Shown here piece by piece: positions 45,610-54,892 of a DNA stretch of 64,000 nucleotides. The position numbers and the translations under genes were made by a program. The notes below the pieces were generated by a model. It ran no database searches and had not been told where the DNA came from. It saw only the letters and a program-made list of their open reading frames with translations. How positions within the stretch are numbered: position 1 is the first letter of the stretch; each line of letters begins with the position of its first letter. This DNA comes from Thermohalobaculum sp. (GTDB taxonomy: Bacteria > Pseudomonadota > Alphaproteobacteria > Rhodobacterales > Rhodobacteraceae): contig CBDFHG010000005.1 in NCBI GenBank assembly GCA_965247385.1, forward strand, positions 58,764 to 122,763. Reading direction: 5' to 3'.

Positions 45610-45835
45610 CAGGGTCTCCCGTGAGGATTATTGACTATGCGGTTTCGGCGCGGTTTCGGCAAAAACCCACCGTGGCACTGTAATATCCGCGCAGGCAGCG
45701 TTTCAACAGGTAAATTTGGTGGAATCCTCTCCGGATGATCACGACTACATGACTGATGACAAGGCGAGCCCTTCCCTGCGCTCATCCCTGCGGCGCGCCT
45801 CCAGGGTCCACCCATCGGGCGACGTCAACCCGGCT

Positions 45836-46724
45836 TCACCCGAGGTCGATCACCGTGATCTCTGGTGGAATGCCCGGCCTCACGGGCAGGATCGAGCATC
45901 CCAGGCCGCCGGAGATGACGATATCGCGTCCACCTTCCCGCACATGCCCGCAGGCAAAACGGTTGCCGTAGCGCGATGGCACCAGCGGCAAGTAGCCGAA
46001 CAGCCGAACCTGCCCGCCATGGGTGTGGCCGCTCAACGTCAGGGCCACCCGGTCCGGAACCCGCGGGAAGATGTCCGGCTCATGCGCCAGCAGGATGGCC
46101 GGAGCGTCATCGGTGATTTGCGCCAGCGTGCCGGGCAGGTCTTCGACTCCGGCCCGGTCCCGGCCCGGGCCCGGGCCCGGGAACGCAAGCTGGTCGCCCA
46201 GACCCAGCAGCCAGAACGGGACCGGACCAGCCTCGATCCGGATCGCCTTGTTCTCCATCACCGGCATTCCCGCAACCCCGAAGGCCAGATGGGCCTCGGT
46301 CGGCCCGGTGCCGCGCGCCTGGGCCGGGGCGTCGTGCCACCAATCGTGATTGCCGAGGATCGCATGCACACCTGGCGGCGCTTGCAGCCGCGACAACACC
46401 CGTGCGGCATCGAAGAGCGAGACCTTGCGCGAGACAAACCGGTACCCGGCCTCGTAGTCGCCGAGCAGGACGATCAGATCGGCCGGCAGCGAATTGACCC
46501 GATCGACGATCGTTTCGAGTCGCGACAGCGGCATATACGGCTCGCCCATATGTGGATCGGCGACGGCGACGATCCTCAGCCGCACCGCGCGGCCAGCCCC
46601 GGGGCAAGACACGATGAGACTTCACGATCAGCCGGAGCCCAGGTTCGATGCCGAAGGCGTAGCTTGTCGTCGCCAGACCCAGGGGCCCGGCGACCCAACT
46701 CAAGAAGGCGCGCCGCGTGATCAT
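45836..46724 (-). pseudogene. Metallophosphoesterase (YaeI-like) with a single +1 nt frame disruption
   Basis: The N-terminal frame reads MITRRAFLSWVAGPLGLATTSYAFGIEPGLRLIVKSHRVLPRGWPR. The remainder, VRLRIVAVADPHMG...LLGDY...GNHD...SGHTHGGQ, is in the next frame. The junction is in the cgcgcgg run near 46584-46590, and the total length is 889 nt. Confidence 0.7.
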
Positions 46725-46831
46725 CCTGCGCCAGTCATGCAGAGTGCGCCGCTGGTCATCCCCGACAGTATTACGCTTCTGCCTCCGCCGCCAAGATCGA
46801 ATGACCAAGATCGAATGAACTGAACCTGATC

Positions 46832-47009
46832 GTGAGCATCCGGCAGTTCATGCGCGACAGCTGGCTCTCGGTCCGCATCTTCCAATCCGACGACGACATC
46901 GACGCGCCGGGCCGCGAAGCGTGGAACCAGCTCTTCGAACGGCGGTGGAAAGACAAATCCATCGCCATGCGCAGGTGGGCGCATGAGTTCCGGTCATGGC
47001 AAGCTGGTA
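46832..47009 (+). pseudogene. Orphan coding-like fragment (N-terminal ~55 codons of an unknown gene)
   Basis: In the frame VSIRQFMRDSWLSVRIFQSDDDIDAPGREAWNQLFERRWKDKSIAMRRWAHEFRSW, 49 of 56 third positions are G/C. There is no in-frame stop before it runs antisense into trpA, where the third-position bias collapses. Confidence 0.3.
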
Positions 47010-47801
47010 TCAGACCCCATGCGCCCCATCGGACAGCGTTTTCACGAACGCCAGCACTTCCGCCGCGCTGTCGCCCCTGGCGATGCGGTCGACAATGGCG
47101 GTGCCAACCACGACGCCGTCGGCGATGGCAGCGATGGCGGCGGCGTTTTCCGGGGTCCTGACGCCGAAGCCGACGCAGATGGGCAGGTCGGTCGCCGCCT
47201 TGATGCCGGCGACCTCGGGGGCGACGGCGGCGGATTGGGCAGCGGCGGCGCCGGTGATGCCGGTGATCGAGACGTAGTAGACGAAGCCGGAGGTGTTCTG
47301 AAGCACCTTTGGCAGGCGGCGGTCATCGGTGGTAGGTGTCGCCAGGCGGATGAAGTGCAGGCCCGCCTTGGCGGCGGGGAGGCACAGCTCGTCATCTTCC
47401 TCGGGTGGCAGGTCGACGATGATCAGGCCGTCGACGCCAGCCTGTTTTGCCGCCGCCAGGAAGGTGTCGACGCCCATCGAGTAGATCGGGTTGTAGTAAC
47501 CCATCAGGATGATCGGCGTTTCGGCGTCGCCTTCGCGGAAGGCGCACACCATTTCCAGGGTCTTCGCCATCGTCTGGCCGGCGCCCAACGCGCGTTGCCC
47601 GGCAAGCTGGATCGAGGGACCATCGGCCATCGGGTCGGTGAAGGGCATGCCCAGTTCAATGACATCGACGCCAGCGGCGGGCAGGCCGCGCACGATCTCC
47701 ATGCAGGTTTCGAAGTCCGGGTCGCCCGCCATGGTGAACGAGATGAAGGCGGATCTGCCTTCAGCCTTCAGGCTGGCGAAGCGTGCGTCGATGCGGGACA
47801 T
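47010..47801 (-). CDS. trpA: Tryptophan synthase alpha chain
   Basis: [29 protein letters not shown]...[17 protein letters not shown]...GFGV are the TrpA motifs. Confidence 0.95.
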   Translation of the reverse strand: MSRIDARFASLKAEGRSAFISFTMAGDPDFETCMEIVRGLPAAGVDVIELGMPFTDPMADGPSIQLAGQRALGAGQTMAKTLEMVCAFREGDAETPIILMGYYNPIYSMGVDTFLAAAKQAGVDGLIIVDLPPEEDDELCLPAAKAGLHFIRLATPTTDDRRLPKVLQNTSGFVYYVSITGITGAAAAQSAAVAPEVAGIKAATDLPICVGFGVRTPENAAAIAAIADGVVVGTAIVDRIARGDSAAEVLAFVKTLSDGAHGV

Positions 47802-47851
47802 TGTTTTCCCCCTTGGTCTGTATCGGCTGTCGTCGGCAACCCCCACCCTGT

Positions 47852-47874
47852 CCCTCCCCCTCTCTGGGGGAGGG
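47852..47874 (-). terminator. Perfect 9-bp GC hairpin downstream of the DUF2158-RGG gene (no U-tract)
   Basis: ccctccccc-tctct-gggggaggg lies ~50 bp after the stop at 47923, between that gene and the trpA start. Confidence 0.35.
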
Positions 47875-47922
47875 GACGCCAGTAGCAGGGGTCGTGCCCA
47901 GTACCGGACTTAACCCGGTCGC

Positions 47923-48312
47923 TCAGCCGTCGTCCTTGCGGAAGTATTTCTTGTCGCGGGGCTTGCCGTCCCAGCCGGTCTTGCGCGGAGGGCGGTCGTC
48001 GCCGCCGCGATCACGGTCTCCACCACGATCCCCGCCACGATCCCTGTCGCCGCCGCCGCGGTAAGGGGGCTTGCCGCCCCGGTCGCCGCCCCGGTCGCCG
48101 CCGCGGTCGCCGCCGCGGGGTGCGCCGCGTCCGCCGCCGGCATCCTCGCGGATTTCCCATTTGTTGATGAGCGCGGGGTTGAAGCTGTCGCGACCGATGA
48201 CGCCCTCGTTGCACCAGATGGTCGAGACGCTGTCGTCGGTGCATTCCTCGACGCACATGCGCATCGAGCCGGATTTCAGGACCACCAGATCCCCAACATT
48301 GAACTTTGCCAC
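47923..48312 (-). CDS. DUF2158 (YodC-like) domain protein with a C-terminal Arg/Gly/Asp repeat tail (129 aa)
   Basis: The N-terminus MAKFNVGDLVVLKSGSMRMCVEE...STIWCNEG fits the YodC/DUF2158 pattern as I recall it. The C-terminus is GGGRGAPRGGDRGGDRGGDRGGKPPYRGGGDRDRGGDRGGDRDRGGDDRPPRK. Confidence 0.7.
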   Translation of the reverse strand: MAKFNVGDLVVLKSGSMRMCVEECTDDSVSTIWCNEGVIGRDSFNPALINKWEIREDAGGGRGAPRGGDRGGDRGGDRGGKPPYRGGGDRDRGGDRGGDRDRGGDDRPPRKTGWDGKPRDKKYFRKDDG

Positions 48313-48322
48313 GTGTATTTCC

Positions 48323-49543
48323 TCAGATCTGGGCGCCCAGCGCCTCTGCCACGGTAAAGATGTCCTTGTCGCCCCGGCCGCACATGTTCATTACCAGCAG
48401 ATTGTCGGCGGGGAGAGTCGGCGCCAGCTTGGCCACATGCGCCAAAGCGTGACTGGGTTCAAGGGCCGGGATGATGCCCTCAGTGACGCAGCTAAGCTTG
48501 AACGCCTCCAGCGCTTCCTGGTCGGTGACGCTGGCATACTCGACCCGGCCCATATCATGCAGCCAGGAATGCTCCGGCCCGATGCCCGGATAGTCGAGCC
48601 CGGCGGAGATCGAATGACCCTCAAGGATCTGGCCGTCGTCGTCCTGCAACAGGTAGGTGCGATTGCCGTGCAGCACGCCGGGGCGGCCGCCGGTCAGGCT
48701 GGCGGCGTGCTCCATGCGTTCGTCGACGCCGTGGCCGCCGGCCTCGACGCCGATGATGCGGATATCCGGGTCGTCGAGGAACGGATGGAACAGTCCCATG
48801 GCGTTGGAGCCGCCGCCGATACAGGCGACCAGGGTGTCGGGCAGACGGCCCTCGCGCGCCAGCATCTGTTCGCGGGTCTCGCGGCCGATGATCGACTGGA
48901 AGTCGCGTACCATCGTCGGATAGGGGTGCGGGCCCGCAACGGTGCCGATACAGTAGAAGGTGTCGCGCACATTGGTGACCCAGTCGCGCAGCGCCTCGTT
49001 CATGGCGTCCTTGAGCGTGGCGCGCCCGGCGGTGACCGGGATAACCTCGGCACCCAGCAGCTTCATGCGGAAGACGTTGGGCATCTGGCGCTCGACGTCT
49101 GTTTGGCCCATGAAGACGACGCATTGCAGTCCGAAGCGGGCGCAGACGGTGGCGGTCGCCACCCCGTGCTGTCCGGCACCGGTCTCGGCGATGATGCGCT
49201 TCTTGCCCATGCGCCGCGCCAGCAGGATTTGGCCCAGCACGTTGTTGATCTTGTGCGCGCCGGTGTGGTTCAGTTCGTCGCGCTTGAGGTAGATCTTGGC
49301 GCCGTCGAAATGCGCGGTCAGGCGCTCGGCGAAGTACAAGGGCGAAGGGCGGCCGACATAGTGCTTCCACAGGTCGTCCATCTCGGCCCAGAAACCGGTG
49401 TCGGTCTTGGACTTCTCGTATTGGGCCTCGAGGTCGAGGATCAGCGGCATCAGCGTCTCGGAGACGAAGCGCCCGCCGAAGTCGCCGAAGCGGCCGCGCT
49501 CGTCGGGGCCGGTGCGGTAGCTGTTGGGTGCGGCGTCGTTCAT
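48323..49543 (-). CDS. trpB: Tryptophan synthase beta chain
   Basis: [15 protein letters not shown]...[16 protein letters not shown] (PLP lysine)...GGGSNAMG are the canonical TrpB motifs. Confidence 0.97.
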   Translation of the reverse strand: MNDAAPNSYRTGPDERGRFGDFGGRFVSETLMPLILDLEAQYEKSKTDTGFWAEMDDLWKHYVGRPSPLYFAERLTAHFDGAKIYLKRDELNHTGAHKINNVLGQILLARRMGKKRIIAETGAGQHGVATATVCARFGLQCVVFMGQTDVERQMPNVFRMKLLGAEVIPVTAGRATLKDAMNEALRDWVTNVRDTFYCIGTVAGPHPYPTMVRDFQSIIGRETREQMLAREGRLPDTLVACIGGGSNAMGLFHPFLDDPDIRIIGVEAGGHGVDERMEHAASLTGGRPGVLHGNRTYLLQDDDGQILEGHSISAGLDYPGIGPEHSWLHDMGRVEYASVTDQEALEAFKLSCVTEGIIPALEPSHALAHVAKLAPTLPADNLLVMNMCGRGDKDIFTVAEALGAQI

Positions 49544-50246
49544 ACCGTGGGTTCTCCTGCCGGAAACTCAACGCCTCTTTAGCGCTCCCGATCCGATCCG
49601 TCATCAGGGATTGCGCGTTGCAGGGGCGAATGTGGGGCGGCGAGGTCCGTTATGTGACCGCGCTTTTGAAGGAACTCGCCGGGAAACGCCGTCTTTCCCG
49701 CACCTGCGGCCACAGCTGCGGGCCCACAGTTGCGGGGATGACGCCACGCCCGTGTGGCCGACGGCCGGTCCGAATGCGCGCCGGGAATACCCGATACGGG
49801 ATTTCACCCGGTGCTCCGCCACCGCTGAAAACCGTGTAACGCGCGTGCAAGTTGTGTTAACTCATTTATAATACAGCATTATCTAAAAAACATGTTATCG
49901 GGCGGGCAAGCAAAACCGGGCCGTGAAGGCTGGCGGCCCCCGCCCGACGCCCGGGTCGGCTAAAACCGCCGCGCCATTCATTTTCCTGGAGCACGCATGC
50001 TGGGCTTGTCGGGGTCGACAGCGACGAGGACGTCATCCAATGTCGACTGAACTTTCTCCGACTGTACTACTCCGAGGCCCTTGGCGTGCAGGGTGAAGGC
50101 TAAATCCCACCCTTTTCCGGCTTCTCCCTGTCCAGGGAGAACCGGGTTTCACTGATCCCGACTCCTCGAACCGAGGATGCGCTGTCCCGGATCAAGCCCG
50201 GGACGGCGCGGCTCAAGTGGATAGGTTCCGATCAGGGAAATATTCT

Positions 50247-50704
50247 CTAAAGCACCCGCTTCATGCCCCAGTGAGATGGTTCGAAACCCAGGCGCTCGTA
50301 GAAGCGCAGCGCATCGGTGCGGTTGCGGTCGGTGGTGAGTTGCACCAAATTGCAGCCGGTGGCAGCGGCGCACGCGAAGGCGGCCTCGAACAGCGCCTCG
50401 CCGATTCCCCGTCCGCGGTGATTCGCATGGACACGGACGCCCTCGATCCGGGCCCGCGAGGCGCCCTTGCGCGAAAGCCCGTGGATGACGGTGAATTACA
50501 GGCAGCCGACGAGCGTGCCGCCCTGACAGTCTTCGGCGGCCTCAGCCACCAGATAGGCGTTGCCGGGTTGTGCCGACATCGCCTCGAAGGCGCGTGGGTA
50601 AACCGGGTCGCCCGGGGGGCCTCGCGGCCCCGGCCCAGGCCGTCATCGGCCAGGAGATGGGCGATGGCGGCTATATCGGCCTCGACTGCGTCACGAAAAA
50701 TCAT
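50247..50704 (-). pseudogene. GNAT N-acetyltransferase with a 1-nt deletion and an in-frame TAA
   Basis: The frame starts MIFRDAVEADIAAIAHLLADDGLGRGREAP. It then needs a -1 shift in a C6 run (near 50610-50615) to continue PGDPVYPRAFEAMSAQPGNAYLVAEA...TLVGCL. A stop (TAA, plus-strand tta at 50496-50498) follows, then FTVIHGLSRKGASRARIEGVRVHANHRGRGIGEALFEAAF...LRFYERLGFEP (GNAT motif A). Confidence 0.75.
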
Positions 50705-50711
50705 ATGCCCA

Positions 50712-51335
50712 TCATGATTTTGGGGAAGCCGCGCAAATGAAGGCGGTGATTTTGTCCAGATCCTTGACGCCGGGGGTACTCTCGACGCCGGAGGAGACAT
50801 CGAGCTGTTCAGCCCCGGTCAGCCGGACCGCCTCGGCCACATTCGCCGCCGTGAGTCCGCCCGCCAGCATCCAGGGGCGCGCCCAGTTCCGGTTGGCGAT
50901 CAGGCGCCAGTCGAAGGTGAGGGCATTGCCACCGGGGAGAAACCCCGCGCCTTCGCGCGGTGGCCTGGTGTCAATCAGGAGTTGGTCGGCGACCGCCTCG
51001 TAATCGACGATCTGCGGCAGGTCAGCGGCATCGCGGATGCCAACGGTCTTTATCACCGGCAGAGCGGTGCGGGTGCGAACCTCCGCCACCCGCTGAGGGG
51101 TCTCATGGCCATGGAGTTGCAGCATGTCGACGGGGATTTCGGCGACGAGCTTGTCGAGGAAGCTGTCCTCGGGGTCAACCAGCACTGCGACCTTGTTGAT
51201 CCCGGCGGGCGCGGCCAGGACCAGTTCGCGGGCGGCGGCCAGTTCCAGCGAGCGTGGCGAGGGCGGGTAGAACATAAAGCCAATATAGGCCGCGCCATCA
51301 TGGGCAGCCTGCGCCACCGCGGCGGCAGTGCTCAA
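50712..51335 (-). CDS. trpF: N-(5'-phosphoribosyl)anthranilate isomerase
   Basis: ...GFMFYPPSPR...LQLHGHE...DVSSGVES.PGVKD are the TrpF motifs. The coordinates follow the TTG-start ORF, but the conserved VKICGL strand is encoded just upstream (to 51365), so the true start is probably earlier (see findings). Confidence 0.88.
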   Translation of the reverse strand: MSTAAAVAQAAHDGAAYIGFMFYPPSPRSLELAAARELVLAAPAGINKVAVLVDPEDSFLDKLVAEIPVDMLQLHGHETPQRVAEVRTRTALPVIKTVGIRDAADLPQIVDYEAVADQLLIDTRPPREGAGFLPGGNALTFDWRLIANRNWARPWMLAGGLTAANVAEAVRLTGAEQLDVSSGVESTPGVKDLDKITAFICAASPKS

Positions 51336-51374
51336 TCCACAAATTTTGACCTTGATTGGAATGATCCGGCGCCC

Positions 51375-51713
51375 TCAAACGGCGGGGATGCGCGGCAGTT
51401 CGTCGTCCCGGTCGCCCAGTTTTGCCTGCAGCCGGGAGAGCTCGTGGCGAAGCTGCACGATCTCGCGCCGCTTCTCCTCGGCCACCTTGCGCTGCCTGTG
51501 CTCGCGCAGGAACTCGATCACCAGCCCGACCAGGATGCCCAGCAGCACGGCTGCAAGAATCACCACCGCCAAGGGAAGCCCCTTGATGCTGAAGCCGTCT
51601 CCGAACAACGCCGCAGGCAGCAGATAGAGATCGACAGCTGCCATGTTGGCGACGCCGAGGGCAATGAGAATCATGGCCAGCAGGCCGAGTACGATCAGCT
51701 TGATCGTTCGCAT
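51375..51713 (-). CDS. LapA-domain (DUF1049) inner-membrane protein
   Basis: It has two TM helices followed by a charged coiled C-terminus (REHRQRKVAEEKRREIVQLRHELSRLQAKL). It sits between ihfB and trpF. Confidence 0.7.
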   Translation of the reverse strand: MRTIKLIVLGLLAMILIALGVANMAAVDLYLLPAALFGDGFSIKGLPLAVVILAAVLLGILVGLVIEFLREHRQRKVAEEKRREIVQLRHELSRLQAKLGDRDDELPRIPAV

Positions 51714-51747
51714 CTTCGACTTCCCGGTTTGGGCGGACCGTTCAGTC

Positions 51748-52026
51748 TCACCCGTTCATGCGCTCGCGCAACTTCTTGCCGGCCTTGAAGAAGGGAACCG
51801 ACTTCTCAGGCACCGGCACGGCTGCGCCGGTTCGCGGGTTCCGCCCCTTCCTGGCACGCCGTTTCTTCACCGAGAACGCGCCGAATCCGCGCAATTCCAC
51901 CCGATCGCCCCGCTCAAGCGCGACCGTTATCTCTTCGAAAAGCGTCGAGACGATTCGCTCGACATCCCGCTGATAGAGGTGCGGATTGTCTTCGGCGATC
52001 TGTTGAATGAGCTCCGACTTTATCAT
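51748..52026 (-). CDS. ihfB: Integration host factor subunit beta
   Basis: [12 protein letters not shown]...[38 protein letters not shown] is the HU/IHF signature. Confidence 0.95.
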   Translation of the reverse strand: MIKSELIQQIAEDNPHLYQRDVERIVSTLFEEITVALERGDRVELRGFGAFSVKKRRARKGRNPRTGAAVPVPEKSVPFFKAGKKLRERMNG

Positions 52027-52131
52027 TTGTTCCCCCGGTCGGTCGATTTGTTGTGATTCTTATAAGTCCCTGTGCGACTTTTAAAGTTGTCACGCCGGAT
52101 CGGTATCCGTCAACGTTATGGACGAATTTTC

Positions 52132-53070
52132 CTATTGAATGATAGCATATAGTCGGTGCCCCGGGAAAAAAATGGCCCGTGAAGGCATAAAGCTGCCCAA
52201 ACTTTCTTCCAGCAGAGAGGCAGGCCAAGGCAAGGGCGATTCGTTCCAATCGTAGTCGACGGTGGCCAGATCGGTGGGCAGGTCGCGGTTTTCAGAGAGC
52301 CATTCGCGCGCGGAATCCTCGTCGCCGATCGCGTCGATCAGGCCCAGTTCGACCGCCTGACGGCCGGTGAAGACGCGCCCGTCAGCAACCTCGTCGAGCG
52401 CTGCTCCGGAGAGGCTGCGCCGTTCAGTCACCAGTGCCTTGAACCAGGCGTAGCTGTCCTCGATCAGCGCCCGTTGGGCGCTGAGTGCCGCCGCGTCCGG
52501 GCGCGTTGTAAAGCCGGGCTCGGCTTTCAGCGGGGCGCTTTTGACCCGGGTTACGCCAACTCCCAGCATTTCCATCAGCCCGGCGATGTTCGGGATCTCG
52601 GCAACGACGCCGATCGAACCGGTCAGGGTATTGCCGCGGGCGACGATGAAATCGGTGGCGATCGCGGTGATGTAGCCGCCGGAAGCCGCGGCCTCGGACA
52701 TTACCGCGACGACCGGCTTGCGCGCCGCCACCTTGCGCAGACTCTCGTAGAGCGCCTCCGACCCGGCAACGGTGCCGCCTGGGCTGTTGATGTGGACGAT
52801 CACCGCCTTGACGCGCTTTGATTCGGCGAGGCGGCGCAACGCCGCGTCGCGCAATTGGTCGTCGAAGATCATGCCCTCGATCCGAACCCGGGCGAGATGG
52901 TCGCTGCTGACCGGGCCGACAGCCTTGGGAATCACGGCGATGGCGGCGACGACGATGGCAACGATCGCAAGGATGCGCCAGAACGCGAGACGGCGCCGAA
53001 CCCGGCGCCGCTCAAGGATGAGATCTGCTGTCGCACTCATCGTATTCGTACCCATCATATCGGTGCCCAC
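52132..53070 (-). CDS. sppA: Signal peptide peptidase SppA (36K type, S49 family)
   Basis: VIVHINSPGGTVAGSEALY...AASGGYITAIATDFIVARGNTLTGSIGV are the S49 motifs. The start among several N-terminal Met codons is uncertain. Confidence 0.88.
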   Translation of the reverse strand: MGTDMMGTNTMSATADLILERRRVRRRLAFWRILAIVAIVVAAIAVIPKAVGPVSSDHLARVRIEGMIFDDQLRDAALRRLAESKRVKAVIVHINSPGGTVAGSEALYESLRKVAARKPVVAVMSEAAASGGYITAIATDFIVARGNTLTGSIGVVAEIPNIAGLMEMLGVGVTRVKSAPLKAEPGFTTRPDAAALSAQRALIEDSYAWFKALVTERRSLSGAALDEVADGRVFTGRQAVELGLIDAIGDEDSAREWLSENRDLPTDLATVDYDWNESPLPWPASLLEESLGSFMPSRAIFFPGHRLYAIIQ

Positions 53071-53095
53071 CGCATTGGTGGGCAGGGTGTCGGGA

Positions 53096-54781
53096 TCAGT
53101 CGTCCTGCTGCTGCTTCAGTGCGGCACCAAGGATATCACCCAGCGACGCGCCGGAGTCGGACGACCCGAACTGCTGGACCGCTTCCTTCTCTTCGGCGAT
53201 TTCGCGCGCCTTGATCGAGAAGCTGACCTTGCGCGAAGCCTTGTCGATATTGGTGATCTTCGCGTCGATCCGGTCGCCGGCCGAGAACCGGTCTGGCCGC
53301 TGCTCGGCCCGATCGCGGCTGAGATCGGACCGGCGGATGAAGCTCTTCATGTCGTCGTATTCGACCTCGATGCCACCATCCTCGATCGCGGTCACACCGA
53401 CCGTGACCACCTGGCCGCGCTTGACGCCCTGAGTGGCTGCGGCGAAGGGATCGCTGCCAAGCTGCTTGATCCCGAGCGAGATCCGCTCCTTGTCGGTGTC
53501 CACGTCGAGCACCACGGCCTTGACCATGTCACCCTTGTTGAACTCCTGCATCGCTTCCTCGCCGGAACGGTTCCAGGCGAGATCCGAGAGATGGACCATG
53601 CCATCGATATCACCCTCAAGGCCGACGAACAGGCCGAATTCGGTGATGTTCTTGACCTCTCCCTCGATCTCGGTGCCGGCTGGGGAGTTTTCGGCGAAGC
53701 TGTCCCACGGATTATCCATGCACTGCTTCAGGCCCAGGCTGACCCGGCGCTTCTGCGGGTCGACGTCCAGGACCATGACCTCAACCGCCTGGGAGGTGGA
53801 GACGATCTTGCCGGGATGCGCGTTTTTCTTGGTCCAGGACATCTCGGAGACATGCACCAGGCCCTCGACGCCAGGCTCCAGTTCGACGAATGCACCGTAA
53901 TCGGTGATGTTGGTGACCCGACCGGTGAACTTGGTTTGCAGCGGGTATTTCGCCTCGACGCTCTCCCAGGGGTCGGCCTGCAACTGCTTCATACCGAGGC
54001 TGATTCGCTGGGTCTCTTTGCTGACCCGGATGATCTGGACCTTGATGGTCTCGCCGATCGAGACGATCTCGGAGGGATGGTTGACCCGGCGCCAGGCCAT
54101 GTCGGTGACATGGAGCAGGCCGTCAACGCCGCCGAGATCGACGAATGCGCCGTAATCGGTGACGTTCTTGACCACGCCGTCGACCACATCGCCCTCGGTG
54201 AGCCTGGCGACAATCTCGGCGCGCTGCTCGGCGCGGCTCTCCTCGAGTACGGCGCGGCGCGAGACGACGATGTTGCCGCGACGGCGATCCATCTTGAGAA
54301 TCTGGAACGGCTGCGGCACACCCATCAGCGGGCCGACATCGCGCACCGGGCGGACATCGATCTGGCTGCCGGGGAGGAAGGCAACCGCACCGCCGAGATC
54401 GACGGTGAAGCCGCCCTTGACGCGGCCGAAGATGGCGCCCTCGACGCGCTCCTCGTTCTCGTTCGCTTTCTCGAGCAGGTCCCAGGCTTCCTCGCGGCGG
54501 GCTTTCTCGCGGCTGATCGCGGCTTCGCCGCGGGCGTTCTCGACCCGGTCGAGAAAGACCTCGACTTCATCGCCGACGACGATTTCGGAGGGTTTGCCGG
54601 GGGCGGCGAATTCCTTGAGATCGACGCGGCCTTCAACCTTGAAGCCGACATCGATGATCGCCTGGCCGTTTTCGACGGCGATCACTTTTCCTTTGACGAC
54701 GGTCCCCTCTTTCGGGGTATCGCGTTCGAGGCTTTCGTTCAGCAGGACCTCAAATTCGTCCATGGACGCGGTAGCGGACAT
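53096..54781 (-). CDS. rpsA: 30S ribosomal protein S1
   Basis: It has six S1 repeats (e.g. GTVVKGKVIAVENGQAIIDVGFK, VVDGVVKNVTDYGAFVDLGGVDGLLHVTDM). Confidence 0.97.
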   Translation of the reverse strand: MSATASMDEFEVLLNESLERDTPKEGTVVKGKVIAVENGQAIIDVGFKVEGRVDLKEFAAPGKPSEIVVGDEVEVFLDRVENARGEAAISREKARREEAWDLLEKANENEERVEGAIFGRVKGGFTVDLGGAVAFLPGSQIDVRPVRDVGPLMGVPQPFQILKMDRRRGNIVVSRRAVLEESRAEQRAEIVARLTEGDVVDGVVKNVTDYGAFVDLGGVDGLLHVTDMAWRRVNHPSEIVSIGETIKVQIIRVSKETQRISLGMKQLQADPWESVEAKYPLQTKFTGRVTNITDYGAFVELEPGVEGLVHVSEMSWTKKNAHPGKIVSTSQAVEVMVLDVDPQKRRVSLGLKQCMDNPWDSFAENSPAGTEIEGEVKNITEFGLFVGLEGDIDGMVHLSDLAWNRSGEEAMQEFNKGDMVKAVVLDVDTDKERISLGIKQLGSDPFAAATQGVKRGQVVTVGVTAIEDGGIEVEYDDMKSFIRRSDLSRDRAEQRPDRFSAGDRIDAKITNIDKASRKVSFSIKAREIAEEKEAVQQFGSSDSGASLGDILGAALKQQQDD

Positions 54782-54892
54782 ATATGTAGTCTCCTATCAG
54801 GATCTTTTCGGGCCAGCCGGTTGTGTCCGGCGGTCTTCGGGTTTCTGTGTCAGGGCAGCACGTCAAAAAAAGACCACCCAGCCGGGAGCTCG

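Noticed and set aside
47975-48145. Short tandem DNA repeats considered as a possible CRISPR or VNTR
   Set aside because: The units are ~12-15 bp with no spacers, and they lie inside an ORF encoding the GGDR repeat tail. This is not a CRISPR array. The same applies to the KAEG-coding repeats at 58080-58160.
48071-49582. 503-aa plus-strand ORF
   Set aside because: It is antisense to trpB and the DUF2158-RGG gene, with no motifs.
50160-50190. ggttcga-containing stretch (minus strand) considered as a tRNA T-arm or att site
   Set aside because: Only a 4-bp stem with a 5-nt loop forms, and no acceptor or anticodon arms can be built. I found no tRNA anywhere in the window.
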